Source: the human T2T-CHM13v2.0 reference genome, Homo sapiens. From it: a stretch of 64,000 nucleotides of DNA. Location of the stretch: NCBI RefSeq assembly GCF_009914755.1, contig NC_060927.1. One strand, 5' to 3'. Numbering within the stretch: the stretch's first letter is position 1; every line of letters begins with the position of its first letter. The translations under genes were made by a program, and so were the position numbers. Of this stretch, positions 26,488 to 39,610 are shown piece by piece. The notes beneath the pieces were generated by a model. The model had not been told where the DNA came from. It did no database searches and worked only from the letters and a program-made list of their open reading frames with translations.

Positions 26488-28290
26488 TCTAACTGTATAT
26501 TTATGGCAATTCTTCATTTAGGCATAGATATCTGAATCTGAATGGTGAAGCTTTCACTGGTTCTTTATATGTTGAAATATATTATTGTCAATTAATTACC
26601 TTTATTCTCTATCTTACAGTTAGAATATTATATTAGATTTTTGGTGTGTATAGTTTATCAATTAATGAGTATTGTTCAAACAGCATTTAACAGTATAGTT
26701 GAAACAGCACTACAGAATATGTATTATGAAAAGAGGCTAAAATATGTTTTCGGAAATGAGGAAATTGAACACACTCACATATATATCGCTCTCTTTTTGT
26801 GGTTTTGAAATTAGTGTAATGCTAATGTATAAAATAAATTGGAGTTTTTATTTTAATATATTCTAAAATAGTTCAAATATTTTGGAGAAAAATATTAATA
26901 AATTAACATTTTCTCAGTTTCAAACAATGTAGTCTTGGTGTCTTTATTTCAGTAAAGTACCTTCAATTGCCTTTCAAGTCTTTTCTGTGCTACTCTGTTG
27001 TTGAAGCATCTGCTTTTTTTGGAGGTTAATTTTAATGATATATGTTTGCTTAGAAATTACTTATTTTCTCTACGTTTTAAAAGCCATGCTCAATAATTAC
27101 CTGCAGTATTTTCTTATAATCTTTCTGATTTTAGTAGTATAAAAATATATTTTATTTTTTATTAGTAATCTTCCTTTTATCTTGTACTCATTCATTAATC
27201 TTTTCAGAGAAGCTTTTTTGATTATTGTTTTGCGTTATTTCAAAACTAATATATAGGAGAAAACATTTCAGAAAAACAGAAATTTCTAGAATGCTACATA
27301 AAATGGTTCTATTATTAGACATTCTAGTGACAGGATGCTTAAATTTATTTATATTATTTTGTTCAGCATTTAATCATTTTACTTTCATTTTCTGTTTGTG
27401 GAACTTTTGATTTTAAATATCTGTTTCTCATGGGAAACACTTTGAGATGATAAAAACTCTTAAACTCAAACAACAAAGAAAAAGCTGACTACAAGTTTCT
27501 ACATTTTCTTGTTTTAAGCTTGTTCCTTGTTTCTGTTCCTCAAAGGCACATAATAGAGTCTTTACTCGTATGTGCACATGTGTGTTTGTATATGTGTGTT
27601 TCTTAACTCAGACACTACTTCTTGTGATTCATAGTGAGGTTTGACATTGAAAATCAATAACCTTCAGTTAAGTGATGGTTTAAGCGGCAGAATATAAAAT
27701 GCTTATTTGGGGGCTTACATATTTTATCCTATAAAAATTCAGAATCTGTTATGAACTATTACGTTCAGAAATTCAGATGAAGGAAAGAAGTTATTTTTAG
27801 TAATTTTATATTTAGATTTGAATCTGTCTTGGATAATAGAGTCTCATTAAAAACTAGCAAATAATTTTAACTCTACATACATTTTTTCTTTTGTCTACAT
27901 AACGACTACCTTACATATAGGTCTGTGTAATCAATCAGATTCAATACAATGGTATAACTGAAATGTAAATTACCATCAGATTTGTTTTAAAAGTGGTTGC
28001 TATATAATAGAAACTAATAGAACTCTCCATAATGGGTCTTGTGGGGTGCTATTTTAAATACTGAAAAGATAATTCAATTGAATGCACTTAGACCGTTTTA
28101 CAAGCCAAATAAATTATACATATGTTCACTTGGGACACCAATCTGAAATATTTCTTCAAATTCAAATGAAATCCACAGAGAAAATGTTCCAGCTACGCTC
28201 TACAGTGAAGAAATACAATTCAATGTTTTAAATCTACCTTCTTGGCAATAATCCCATTATATTTTTTATCATAATGCCATACTAAAAGTA

Positions 28291-28928
28291 CACTCACGTG
28301 TCACTTCACAATGAGGATACATTCTGAGAAATATGCTGTTAGGTGATTTCATCATTGTATGCATATCATGAAATGTACTTAGACAAACCTAGATGATATA
28401 GTCTACTATACACCTAGGAGCTGTACTATAGCTTAAGGCTTCTAGGCTGCAAACTTGTACAACATGTCACTATATTGAATACGATAAGCAATTGTAACAC
28501 AATGGTATTTGTGTATCTATACATATCTAAGCATGGAAAAGTTATAGTAAAAAATACTGTAATTATTTTTACTTGATAATTTTATGTTAATATAAATAAT
28601 ATAATATAAATTTATATTATAAATTAAATTGTTAAATTAATTATAAATATACAAATAAATTGTCTATATATTTTACTAAAATATAAATTTATAGATTTTA
28701 TTATATACTGTATATTACTGTAATATAAACATATACAATATGTATATTACATAAATGTTATATAATAGGAATTTATATTATATTTATAAATTATTTACAA
28801 ATTAATATTCATATTCATAATATGAATTTATATTATTACAATGAAGTACTGCAATTATCATCTTATGGAACCATTGTTGTCTGTGCTGTCCATTGCTGAC
28901 CAAAATATCATTATGTAGTGCATGACTG
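28291..28928 (+). mobile_element. Tigger3/GOLEM (MER7A-like) TcMar DNA transposon with an internal AT-rich expansion
   Basis: TA flanks; decayed TIRs 'cactcacgtgtcact' and 'tagtgcatgactg'; body 'gatacattctgagaaatatgctgttaggtgatttcatcattgt...acaaacctagatg'. Confidence 0.8.
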
Positions 28929-29422
28929 TAATGGAAAACAGTTGCACGTGAAGTGAGGAAGGTAAAACAGAAATTTAATACTTGAAAGACCTTATATTTT
29001 GGGGCTGGCTAATAAAGATCATAATAAAAAATTTTAACTTTGTTAATTTAATATTACATGTTAACTTATCAAGGATGTGCTCCAGAAGAACAAAAATAAA
29101 CTGTATCTTAGATTAGTGGGAAAAAAAAAAATGGGACAATAAAACTTCATTCAATTAAAAGAAGGCAATAGATAATGGGAAAATAAGAGCAAGACAATGA
29201 CAAAAAAAATGTTGGTAAAAGTGTACTCAAATATATGCATAATCAATCCTAAAATATGTAAATGATATAAATTATCCCCTGAAAAGTAGATTTGTAAAAG
29301 CAGATTAAAATATGACCCTAATCCAGCAATCTTCTGTTTTTAAAAGATGCAGCAATAAAATATTGACAAAAAGGGATGCTATAATAGGAAGATTTGATTT
29401 ATAGCAATTGAATAGGTAAATC

Positions 29423-29600
29423 AGGAATTCAAAAACTATCTCTATAAAGGATCATATTATAAATATTTTAGGCTTCGCAGATTTAAATCTCTCTTGCAAC
29501 TTCTCAACTCTGTTGTTGTAGGATGAAAGCAGGAATCCACTTGTCTGTGTGACAATAAAATTTTACATGTGGAAAGAGTCCACTGGCAAGATTATATGAT
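29423..29600. mobile_element. MER58-like hAT-Charlie fragment
   Basis: 'aaatattttaggcttcgcag...tctcttgcaacttctcaactctgttgttgtaggatgaaagcag...caataaaatttt'. Confidence 0.55.
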
Positions 29601-29659
29601 CTGAATAGCCCTTATTGTTGAAATAACTAAATTGTTGGATTTAAAAAAATGTTGATTTT

Positions 29660-29895
29660 TTAAAAACTCAACAAACAATATCTTACTAAAAAAGTAAACC
29701 AAAGGTTTGAACAGATATTCCACCAAAGAATACATATGCATTGCAACTTAAGTACATGAAAAGATACCCAATATCATTAGACGGTAGGCAAATTAAAAAT
29801 AAGACTCTTACATATCCCCGCATTACGAAGATGGCTAAAATTTAAAAGACTGGCCATACCAAGCATTAGCTAGGATGTGGAGGAACTGAAAATAT
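29660..29895 (+). mobile_element. Old L1 3' ORF2 fragment
   Basis: 'ttgaacagatattccaccaaagaa...aagtacatgaaaagatac...atggctaaaatttaaaagactggccataccaag...ggatgtggaggaactg'. Confidence 0.6.
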
Positions 29896-30433
29896 ACAAC
29901 TATATAATTTTCAAGTCTACAGCAGAAAGCAGACATTGTTCCTTTAACTAAATAATTCATTTAATTAATCAAAATCCTTGTTAGAAGTGAACATGAACAG
30001 TTTGTTCAATACTGAAAATATTTGCAGAGAATGAAGTAGATTTGTCAATAACAAAAAAGCAACCTTGATCATATATGTTCTAAAGCTATGTATGCATTTA
30101 TTTATTAAAGTATTTCATAAAGTATTTCTAGCAGTCTGAATAAACAACTTACTGAAAACTTGTATCTATTTAGCATTAAATTTTAAAAAATAATTAGTTG
30201 TTATATGCACTATAGTAATTATCCTTTATAGTTATTTACATTATTTAGTTATTATGATAATTTAATTTAGGGGAAATAATACTAGCAAGTATAACCACAA
30301 CTAAATTTCTCCCAAATGGAAAATTCCAAATTTTCTTAGGCATTTAGCATAATATTCTAATAATGTATAATGATTTCAAGATGTACTCTAAAATTAAAAC
30401 ATCAATACTTCATGATTGCAATTCAAATGACTG

Positions 30434-30920
30434 CAGGGATGGAGGTTGTAGATGAGCTCAGCAACATGGCCTTCTACTCACCAAGTCTGGCCTGGCTATA
30501 GCCACTGCCCAGTACCCAATCTGCCAGCAACAATAATGAACACTAAATTCCTGATACGGCACTATTTCCTGGGGTAATCAGACAACTACCTGGTTTGCAA
30601 GCTGATTATATTGGATTTCTTCCATCAAGGAAATAGAGATGTTTTGTTCTTAATGTAATGGACACTTACTACGGGTATGGATTTGCCTTCCCTATACGCA
30701 GTGCCTCTGCCAAACCTACCATTTGTTTACATACAAAATGCCTTATCTACTGACATGGTATTCATAGAGCATTGCTACTGATAAAGAAATTCATTTCACA
30801 GCAAATGAAATGTCCAATGGACCTGTGATCATGCAATGCACTGGTGTTGCCATATTACCCACTGCCCCTGAAGCAAGTGGTTTGATAGAATGGTGGTAGA
30901 TAGCCTTTTGAAGTCTCAGG
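30434..30920 (+). pseudogene. HERV-L (ERVL) pol integrase relic, disrupted
   Basis: Translated fragments RDGG..AQQHGL, YPICQQ (zinc-finger CPICQQ), QADYIG, DTYYGYGFAFP and PEASGLIE match ERV-L integrase; stops and frameshifts present. Confidence 0.85.
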
Positions 30921-31014
30921 GCTTTGGGGTAACATCCCTGTCTTCTGTGGAGAGCTAAACAAGTTAAGGGCCAGTATACAGTGGCCACTTTTGGTCTATT
31001 TATCTAACAATTTC

Positions 31015-31123
31015 TTCTTCAATTTCCAGCCTTCTGAGCTGCTGACAAACTTTAGACCTGCCAGACGACACAATCACATCACATAACCCAATTAATATAT
31101 AAATATATATATATATATATATA
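31015..31123 (+). mobile_element. MLT2-like LTR fragment ending in (TA)n
   Basis: 'tttccagccttctg...aaactttagacctgccagacgacacaatcac...ccaatt' followed by a TA repeat. Confidence 0.5.
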
Positions 31124-31530
31124 TGTTCTAACGTTTGAATGTGTCCCTTTCCAAATTCAGATGTTGAAACTTAAATGGTCAATGTGATAGTATTAAGATG
31201 TGGAATCTTTAAGAGGTCACAAGGATTCTTCCCCTCACCAACAAGACTAGGTGCCTTTATAAAAGGAATTGACAGAAGGAATTAATCGTTCTTTTGTCCT
31301 TCAGCCTTCTGCCATGTGAAGTCACAAGTATTCTTGCCTTCTGGAGGTGGCAACATTCGAGGTGCCATCTTGGAAGCAGAAACCAGATTCTCACCAGAAA
31401 TAGGCTTGCTGGTGCCTTGATCTTGGACTTCCGTGGCCTCCAGAATTGTGTGGAATAAATTTTCATTGTTTATAAATTATCCAGTCTCAGGTATTCCATT
31501 ATAACTGCTAAAAATAGACTGAAACTATAT
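31123..31530 (+). mobile_element. MST/MLT1A-class MaLR LTR
   Basis: 'gtttgaatgtgtccc...gttgaaactta', 'ggtgccatcttggaagcaga', 'ggtgccttgatcttggacttcc', 'ttataaattatccagtctcaggtatt'. Confidence 0.8.
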
Positions 31531-31589
31531 ATTCTTAAATGATCTCTAAAGTCCCATTAACTTCCCTGACCATAATCACATGTATAATA

Positions 31590-32000
31590 ATTTCCCATGC
31601 TCACTGTGTCTAAATACATTAGGCTCCATCTTGCAACTTGAAAGCACGCCAGGCCTGCTTTTGCCTTGAGGATTTTGTACTTGTTACCTCTGCTAATAAT
31701 ACTTGTCCTACATCCATCTATATGGCTCACATCCTCACTTTCTTCATGTCTTACTCAAATGTTGCCATCTCATAAAGCCTTCTTTGAACATACTCCCAAC
31801 ACAGATTTTCTTTCCTTGCTTTATTTTTTATTCTTAACATTTATGATTATTTAATTAGTACACATTTTCTAATTCATCTTGTTTATTATGTGTCTCCCTC
31901 ATTAGACTACAAGTTTCTGAAGGGCAGGAATATTTGTCTCTTTTGTTATTTGCTGTACACTCAACCTTGAAAAGCATCTGATACATAGGGGTGGTTAAAA
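31590..32000 (-). mobile_element. L2 fragment
   Basis: 'ttgtacttgttacctctgct...ttactcaaatgttgccatctca...cattagactacaagtttctgaagggcagg'. Confidence 0.6.
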
Positions 32001-32369
32001 TTGACAGATTTTTGAGGACAAAAGAGTAAATTATTATTTTTCCCCTTATTTAAAAAAAATACACCCCAATAGTGTCTTAACTGCTATGCAATTGAGTGCT
32101 CTCCCCTTTGTGTGTGGGGGAGAGTAGGGGTAAAAAGGCATCAACTATCATATTCTAGTTTTCTGTCTTAACAGCATTAATAGGCCATATTTTCTTTAAA
32201 CGATAAACAAAGCAATTTTGCATATCTCTTGCTTATCTTTGAACCAATGCATATATTCTAAAAAATAGTGAGAATAATTATTGAACAAATAAATTTTTTT
32301 TCTACAATTGATAGATTTTTCTCAATATTGTGCTACTGGTAAAATATTCGCACTTTTATTTCCTCTTAA

Positions 32370-32943
<574 letters not shown>

Positions 32944-35900
32944 TTAAAAGGTATATTAACGTGAAATATGGTTTATTTAAGTGTCAGTTCAGTGTCTTAA
33001 GCTTTCTTAATAAAACTTGTGATCACCAGTGTCTAAGTGACTTGTGGTAGTAACTCAATCTCCAAAACACAAAATGGTTCTACTTTGTACTGAAAGAGTT
33101 AAGATGTCTTCTCTACTGAGTAACTTACTCCCGGAAAGTGACTTATTGGGTCTATTAACTTCAACTAGATTACAAATGAACAAAAGGAATTGACCTGCCT
33201 TGTTTGAAATATATCCTAATCTGTTTTATTCAAATGGGAAGCATGAAATAGAGTTGTACATAATTTATAGATCCCAAATTATCTACATTTAATCAATAGC
33301 TATTGAGCACCTACTATGTGGAACATATGAGATAGTTACAGTGAAGAATATAACTGTGTAAAATAAATAGTCACATCATGGTTGATTTACACAACGGGGT
33401 TTATTCAATAGTCTTAAAAGTTTATACATTAGAAAAGTATGAGCAAACATTACTTCCAAAAGAAAGAGAAGAGAAGAGGAAAAGAGATAATACCAAAAGC
33501 ACTGAAATACGTATTTTGGGGAACACAACATTATATATAATACATTTAAATATCCTAAAATTTTATAATATGTTTATAATTATGATATATTTATAATTAT
33601 TCAGTAGTAAGTTTATGTATACTAAGATAACATGAATTATGCTTTATCTTATCACATTAAAAGTCTAATTTAAAAACTTTTTAATAACATTTTATTTTTC
33701 TCAAATTACAGGAATACTAAATAGGATTAGGTGAATTTACAACCATTTTAATACAGACAAATTTTTTAATGACTTTCATTTTTAGAGCAAATTGGGGATC
33801 ATGACAAAATAGACAGGAATATACAGAGATTTCCCACACACCCTTTGCCCACAATATATGCACAAATACCAGCATTATCAGTATCTCCCAACAGAGTGAT
33901 ATACTCTTTACAATAGATGAATCTATATTGACACATCATCATTCAAATTCTGCAGTTTACATTAGGGTTTACTCTTGATGTACATTCTATGAGTTTGGAA
34001 AAAATCATAATGGCATGCATAAACAATTATAGTATCATACAGAGTATTTTCACTCCCCTGAAAATCCTTTATATTCTGCCTATTCATATCTCCCACTCTC
34101 CTATCCCCCAACCTATGGCAATACTGAACTTTTTATTGTCTTCATAATTTTACCTTTTCCAGAATATTATATAGTTGGAATCACACAGTATGTAGACGTT
34201 TTTCTATTGGTATCTTTAACTCAGTGATATGCATCTAGGTTTTCACCATGTTTTTTTATGGCTTGATAGCTCCTTTATTTTAGTGATGAATAATATTCTA
34301 TTGTCTAGATGTACCAGTTTATTTATCCATTCACCTACAGAAAGACATCTTGATTGCTTCCAAGTTATGGCAGTTATGAATAAAGCTGCTTTAAAATCCC
34401 ATGTGCCCGTTTTTTTGTGGACATACCTTCTCAGCTCCTTAGGGTAAATGCCAAGAAATGCAATTACAGGGTTGTATAGTAAGATAATGTTTAGTTATGT
34501 AAGAAATCACTAGCCTGTCTTCCAAAGTGGTTGTGTAATTTTGCATTCCGAGTAGCAATGAATGAGAGTTTTTGTTGATCTATGCCGTCACGAGCTTTGG
34601 TGCTGTCAGGGTCCTGAAATTTGGCCATTCTCATATGTGGGTAGTGGGATATCTTTCTTGTTATAATTTGGATTCCCGTTATATTCTTGTTATAATTTGG
34701 ATTACCCTGTTATAATTTGGATTCCCCTGATATGTAACATATTTTCATATGCCTACTTGCCATTTGTATATTTTCTTTGGTAAGGTATTTGTTAAATTAT
34801 TTGGTCCATTTTTTTGATAGTTTTTTAAAATAAGTTTTAAGAATTCTTCATTTATTTTGGATAATAGTTCTTTATCTGATATGTCTTTTGCAAATATTTT
34901 CTCACTGTCTGTGGCTCGTTATTTTTTCCTCTTGGGAATGCCTTTCACATAGCAGAAATGTTTAATTTTAATGAAGTCCAGCATATCAATTATTTTTTTC
35001 ATGGATCATGCCTTTGGTCTTGTATCTAAAAAGTCGTCAGTAAACCCAAACTTATCTAAATTTTCTCCTATTTCATCTTCTAGGAGTTTTATAGTTTTGC
35101 ATTTCACATTTAGGTCTGGGATACATTTTGAGTTAATTTTTGTAAAGGGTGTGAGGTCTGTTTCTAGATTCATTTTTTGCTTGTGGGTATCCAGATGTTC
35201 CAGTACCATTTGTTTAAAAGACTGTCTTTTCTGCATTAAATTGTCATTGCTCCTTTCTCAAGTATTAATTGACTATATTTGTGCTGGTATATTTCTGGGA
35301 TCTTTATTATGTTGAATTGATAAATTTGTTTCTTTTTTCCATTACCACATAGTCTTGATTATTGTAGTTTTATAGTGAGTCTTGAAGTCAAGTAATGTCA
35401 GTCCTCCAATTTTGTTCTCCTTCAATATTGTGTTAGCTATTCTGGGTCTTTTGCCTCTCCATATAAACTTTGAAATAAATTTCTGAATATTTATAAAATA
35501 ATTTGCTGGGATTTTATATGGCATTGTATTGCATCTATAGATCAAGTTGGGGAGAAATGACATCTTGATAATATTGAGTTTTACTAAATATAACCATGAG
35601 CTATATGTCTATTATCCTTCTTTAATTTGTTTCATCAGAGTTTTGTCATTTTCTTCATATGAATCTTCTATATATTTTGTTAGAGTTATACCCAACTATT
35701 TCATTTTTTGGTGTGCCAGTGTAAATGACATTGTGCTTTCAATTTCACATTCTTTGTGTACATTGTTGGTTTAAGAAAAGCAGTTGTTTTCTATATATTA
35801 ACCTTGTATCCTTTAAGATTGCTATAATCTCTTATTAGTTTCATTAATTTTTGTCAATTCTTTGGGATTTCTATATAGATGATACTGTCATCTGCAAACA

Positions 35901-37340
35901 AGGATAGTTTAATTTCTTTCTTCCAAAATTGTACATTTTTATTTTATTTTTCTTGTTATTGTATTAGCTAGAATTTCAAGTACAATATTGAAAAAGAGTT
36001 GGGACAAAGAACAAACTCACCTTGTTCCTGAGCTTAATGAAAGAGCCTTAAGTTCTCACAGTTGAGTATGCTGTTAATGTAAATTTTTTGTAGATATTTT
36101 TATCAAGTTTAGAAAATTCTTCTCTATTCCTAATTTTCTAAGAGTTTTTATGATGAACAGATGGTGGATTGTGTCAAATGCTTTCTCTGAATCTAGTGAT
36201 ATGATTGTATTGTTTTCTCATTTTACTTTTTTATGTGATGAATCATATTAATCAACTTTTGAATGTTGAACCAGTCTTACAAACCTGGAAAAAAAATTTA
36301 CTTGGTAATGGTGTATAATTCTCTTTATACATTTTTGGGATTGATGTGCCAATATTTTGATTTTAGCATTTATGGTCATGAGAGATATTAATCTGTAATT
36401 TTTTTTCTTGTAATTTCTTTGTCTGGTTTTGGTATTTGGGTGATGTGGACTTCATAGAATGAGCTAAGAAGTATTCCCTCTGCTTCTATCTTCTCAAATA
36501 GATTATAGAGAATTAGAATAATTTCTTCCTTAAATGTTTGTTAGAATTCACTATTGGACTCATCTGGGATTTATGCTTTCTCTTTTGGAAGATTATTAAT
36601 TATTGATTCAATATCTTTAACATATATATAGGCCTTTTATGAATGTCAATTGTTTGCATGAGTTTTTGCAGATTCTTTCTCTCAAATAATTGGTCTATTT
36701 CATCAACATTATCAAATTTGTGTGCAGAAAAGTTATTTATAGTATTTATTGGTTATCCTTTTAATATTCATAAGATCTATAGTGATGTCCCTCTTTTATT
36801 TTTGATATTAAAAATTGTGTCCTTTCTTTTTTATCTTAGTTAGCCTGCTTAGAGACTTATTGATTTTGTTAATCTTTTCCAAGAATGAGCTTTTGGTTTC
36901 TCTAATATTTCCCTACTGATTTCCTGTGTCCAATATTACTGACTTCTTCTCTATTTTTAAAATAATTATTATTTCTTGACTTCTGCTTACTTTGGAATTT
37001 ATTTATTTATTTATTTTTTTCATTTACCTCAGGTGGAAGCTTAGATGATTGATTTTAGTTCATCTTTTTTAACATATGCATTCAATGCTAGAAATTTTCC
37101 TCTAAGCACTAGTTTTACTAAAACTCACAATGTTTGATATGGTGTGTTTTTGTTTGTGTGCGTGTGTGTGGTGGCCCTAGAGTTGCCATTTTTACAACTA
37201 ATTCAATTCTACTTTTATATAACACTATACTGCCTCATAGGTGCTGTGTGTGTCCTATAATAACAAAATAATCCTAAGTTTTTCCTCTAGTGTCTTGTAT
37301 CATTTCTGTCATTTATTCCACTTCTATTCAAGCACACATA

Positions 37341-37390
37341 TTATATATATATATATATATATATATGCATATATATATATGCATATATAT
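37341..37390. repeat. (TA)n microsatellite with GC interruptions
   Basis: Seen directly. Confidence 0.9.
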
Positions 37391-38119
37391 TTAAATACAT
37401 TGTGGATACAATTATTTTGAACAAACTGTTGCTTATTAGACCCATTAAGAATAAAAAATCTTTTATTTTAAGTTCACTTATTCCTTTTAATATCTTTCTT
37501 GCTTTATGCAGGTCTGAGTTTCTAATCTATATTATTTTCCTTCTTTATAAAAAAATTAACTTAACGTTCCTTGAAGGGTAGATCTCCTGACAACAACTTT
37601 TCTAAATGATTGTCTGAAAAAGTTTTATTTATCCTTCACATTTGAAAAATAATTTCACAGGGTACAGAATTCCAGGTTGATAGTTTTCTTTGTTTTTCTA
37701 ATCAGTTTAAATATTTCACTCTACTGTCTTCTTGATTGCATGGTTTCTGAGAATAAGTTCAATGGAATTCTCATCTTTGCTCCTCTATACTTAAGTTATC
37801 TACCACCATCTCCCACTCCTGGCTACTTTCTTCGATCTGCAGCTTCAGAACATGCCAGGTGTAAGATTCTTTAAACTTATTTTTTTATTTATTCTGCTTG
37901 GTATCCTCTGAGTTTCTTGTACCTGTCTTTTGGTGTCTGACATTAATTTGGAGAAACTTTCATTCATTATTATCTCAGATATTTCTTCTGTTTCTTTCTT
38001 TCCTCTCCTTCGGGTATTCCCATTTCAAATAATTTTCAACTTTTGTAGTTGTCCCAGGTTCTTGGATATGCTATTCTTTTTCTTTTTTAATCTGTGTTTT
38101 CTTTGCAATTCTGTTTTGA

Positions 38120-38540
<421 letters not shown>

Positions 38541-38752
38541 TAGTTACTTTATAATAAACAGAAGCTTTTCTCAGAGTTCTGGAGGCTGAGAAGTCCAAGA
38601 TCAAAGTGCCTGCCTCTGGCAAGGGCCTTCTTACTGTGTGATACATGGCATAAGTCAGAAGGGAAAGAGGAAAAAGGGGGCCTAACTTGCCCTTTTATAC
38701 TGGCATTGATCCCATCCATGAGGAGAGAGCCTTCTTTGACTAATCATCTCTT

Positions 38753-38944
38753 TTTATTTTATTTTATTATTATTATACTTTAAGTTTTAGGGTACATGTG
38801 CACAAAGTGCAGGTTTGTTACATAAGTATACATGTGCCATGTTGGTGTGCTGCACCCATTAACTCGTCATTTAGCATTAGGTATATCTCCTAATGCTGTC
38901 CCTCCCCTCTCCCCCCAAAGGATTATAAATCATGCTGCTATAAA
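38753..38944 (-). mobile_element. Short 5'-inverted L1PA (PA3/PA4-like)
   Basis: Antisense L1PA 3' end, then a sense piece 'cccaaaggattataaatcatgctgctataaagac'. TSD gactaatcatctctt / gactaataatctctt. Confidence 0.9.
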
Positions 38945-39251
38945 GACTAATAATCTCTTAAAAGTCCCTTCCCTTAATATTGTTACAATGTCAATTAAAT
39001 TTTAACATGAGCTTTAGAGGAGGAAATCAAACCATATAGCAAAAGGCATTTTTCATTTCTGTTACAGTGTTATTGAACTCTAGCATTTCTTTTTGCCTCT
39101 TTCTTAAGATTTCCATCTCCCTGCTTACAGTGCTTATTTGCTCTTGCATGTTGCCTATTTATCCATTAGAGTATTTTTAGTATTAATAATAGTTATGTTA
39201 AATTCCCCGCCTTATAATTCCAATATCCCTGCTAAATCTGATTCTAAGACT

Positions 39252-39610
39252 TGCTGTTTTAGTGTGTTTGGGATGCTATAATAACATATCATAATGTATA
39301 TAACTTATAAACAACAAAAATTTATTTCTCATAGTTTTGAAGGCTGGGAAGTCCAAGATAAAGAAACTGAAAGATTCAGTGTCTGGTCAGGGACAGCTTT
39401 CTGATTCTTAGATGGTATCTTCTTGCTGTGTCTTCACATAGTGGAGGAGTTGAGCAATCTATCTTAGGCTTCTTTCATTAAAGTGCTAATCTGATTCATG
39501 AGGGCAGAGCCTTCATCACCTCATAACTGCCCATCTTCTAACACCCTCACATGGGAGATTAGCTTTCAACATACAAATATGGGAAGAAATACAAAAGTTC
39601 AGATCATAGG
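39252..39610 (-). mobile_element. MLT1A-like LTR inserted in L1MC
   Basis: 'aacaacaaaaatttatttctcatagttttgaaggctgggaagtccaagat', 'cattaaagtgctaatctgattcatgagggcagagcc'. Confidence 0.75.

Noticed and set aside
34971-35563. ORFs with L1 ORF2 similarity as functional CDS
   Set aside because: Short fragments of an ancient, frameshifted L1MC.
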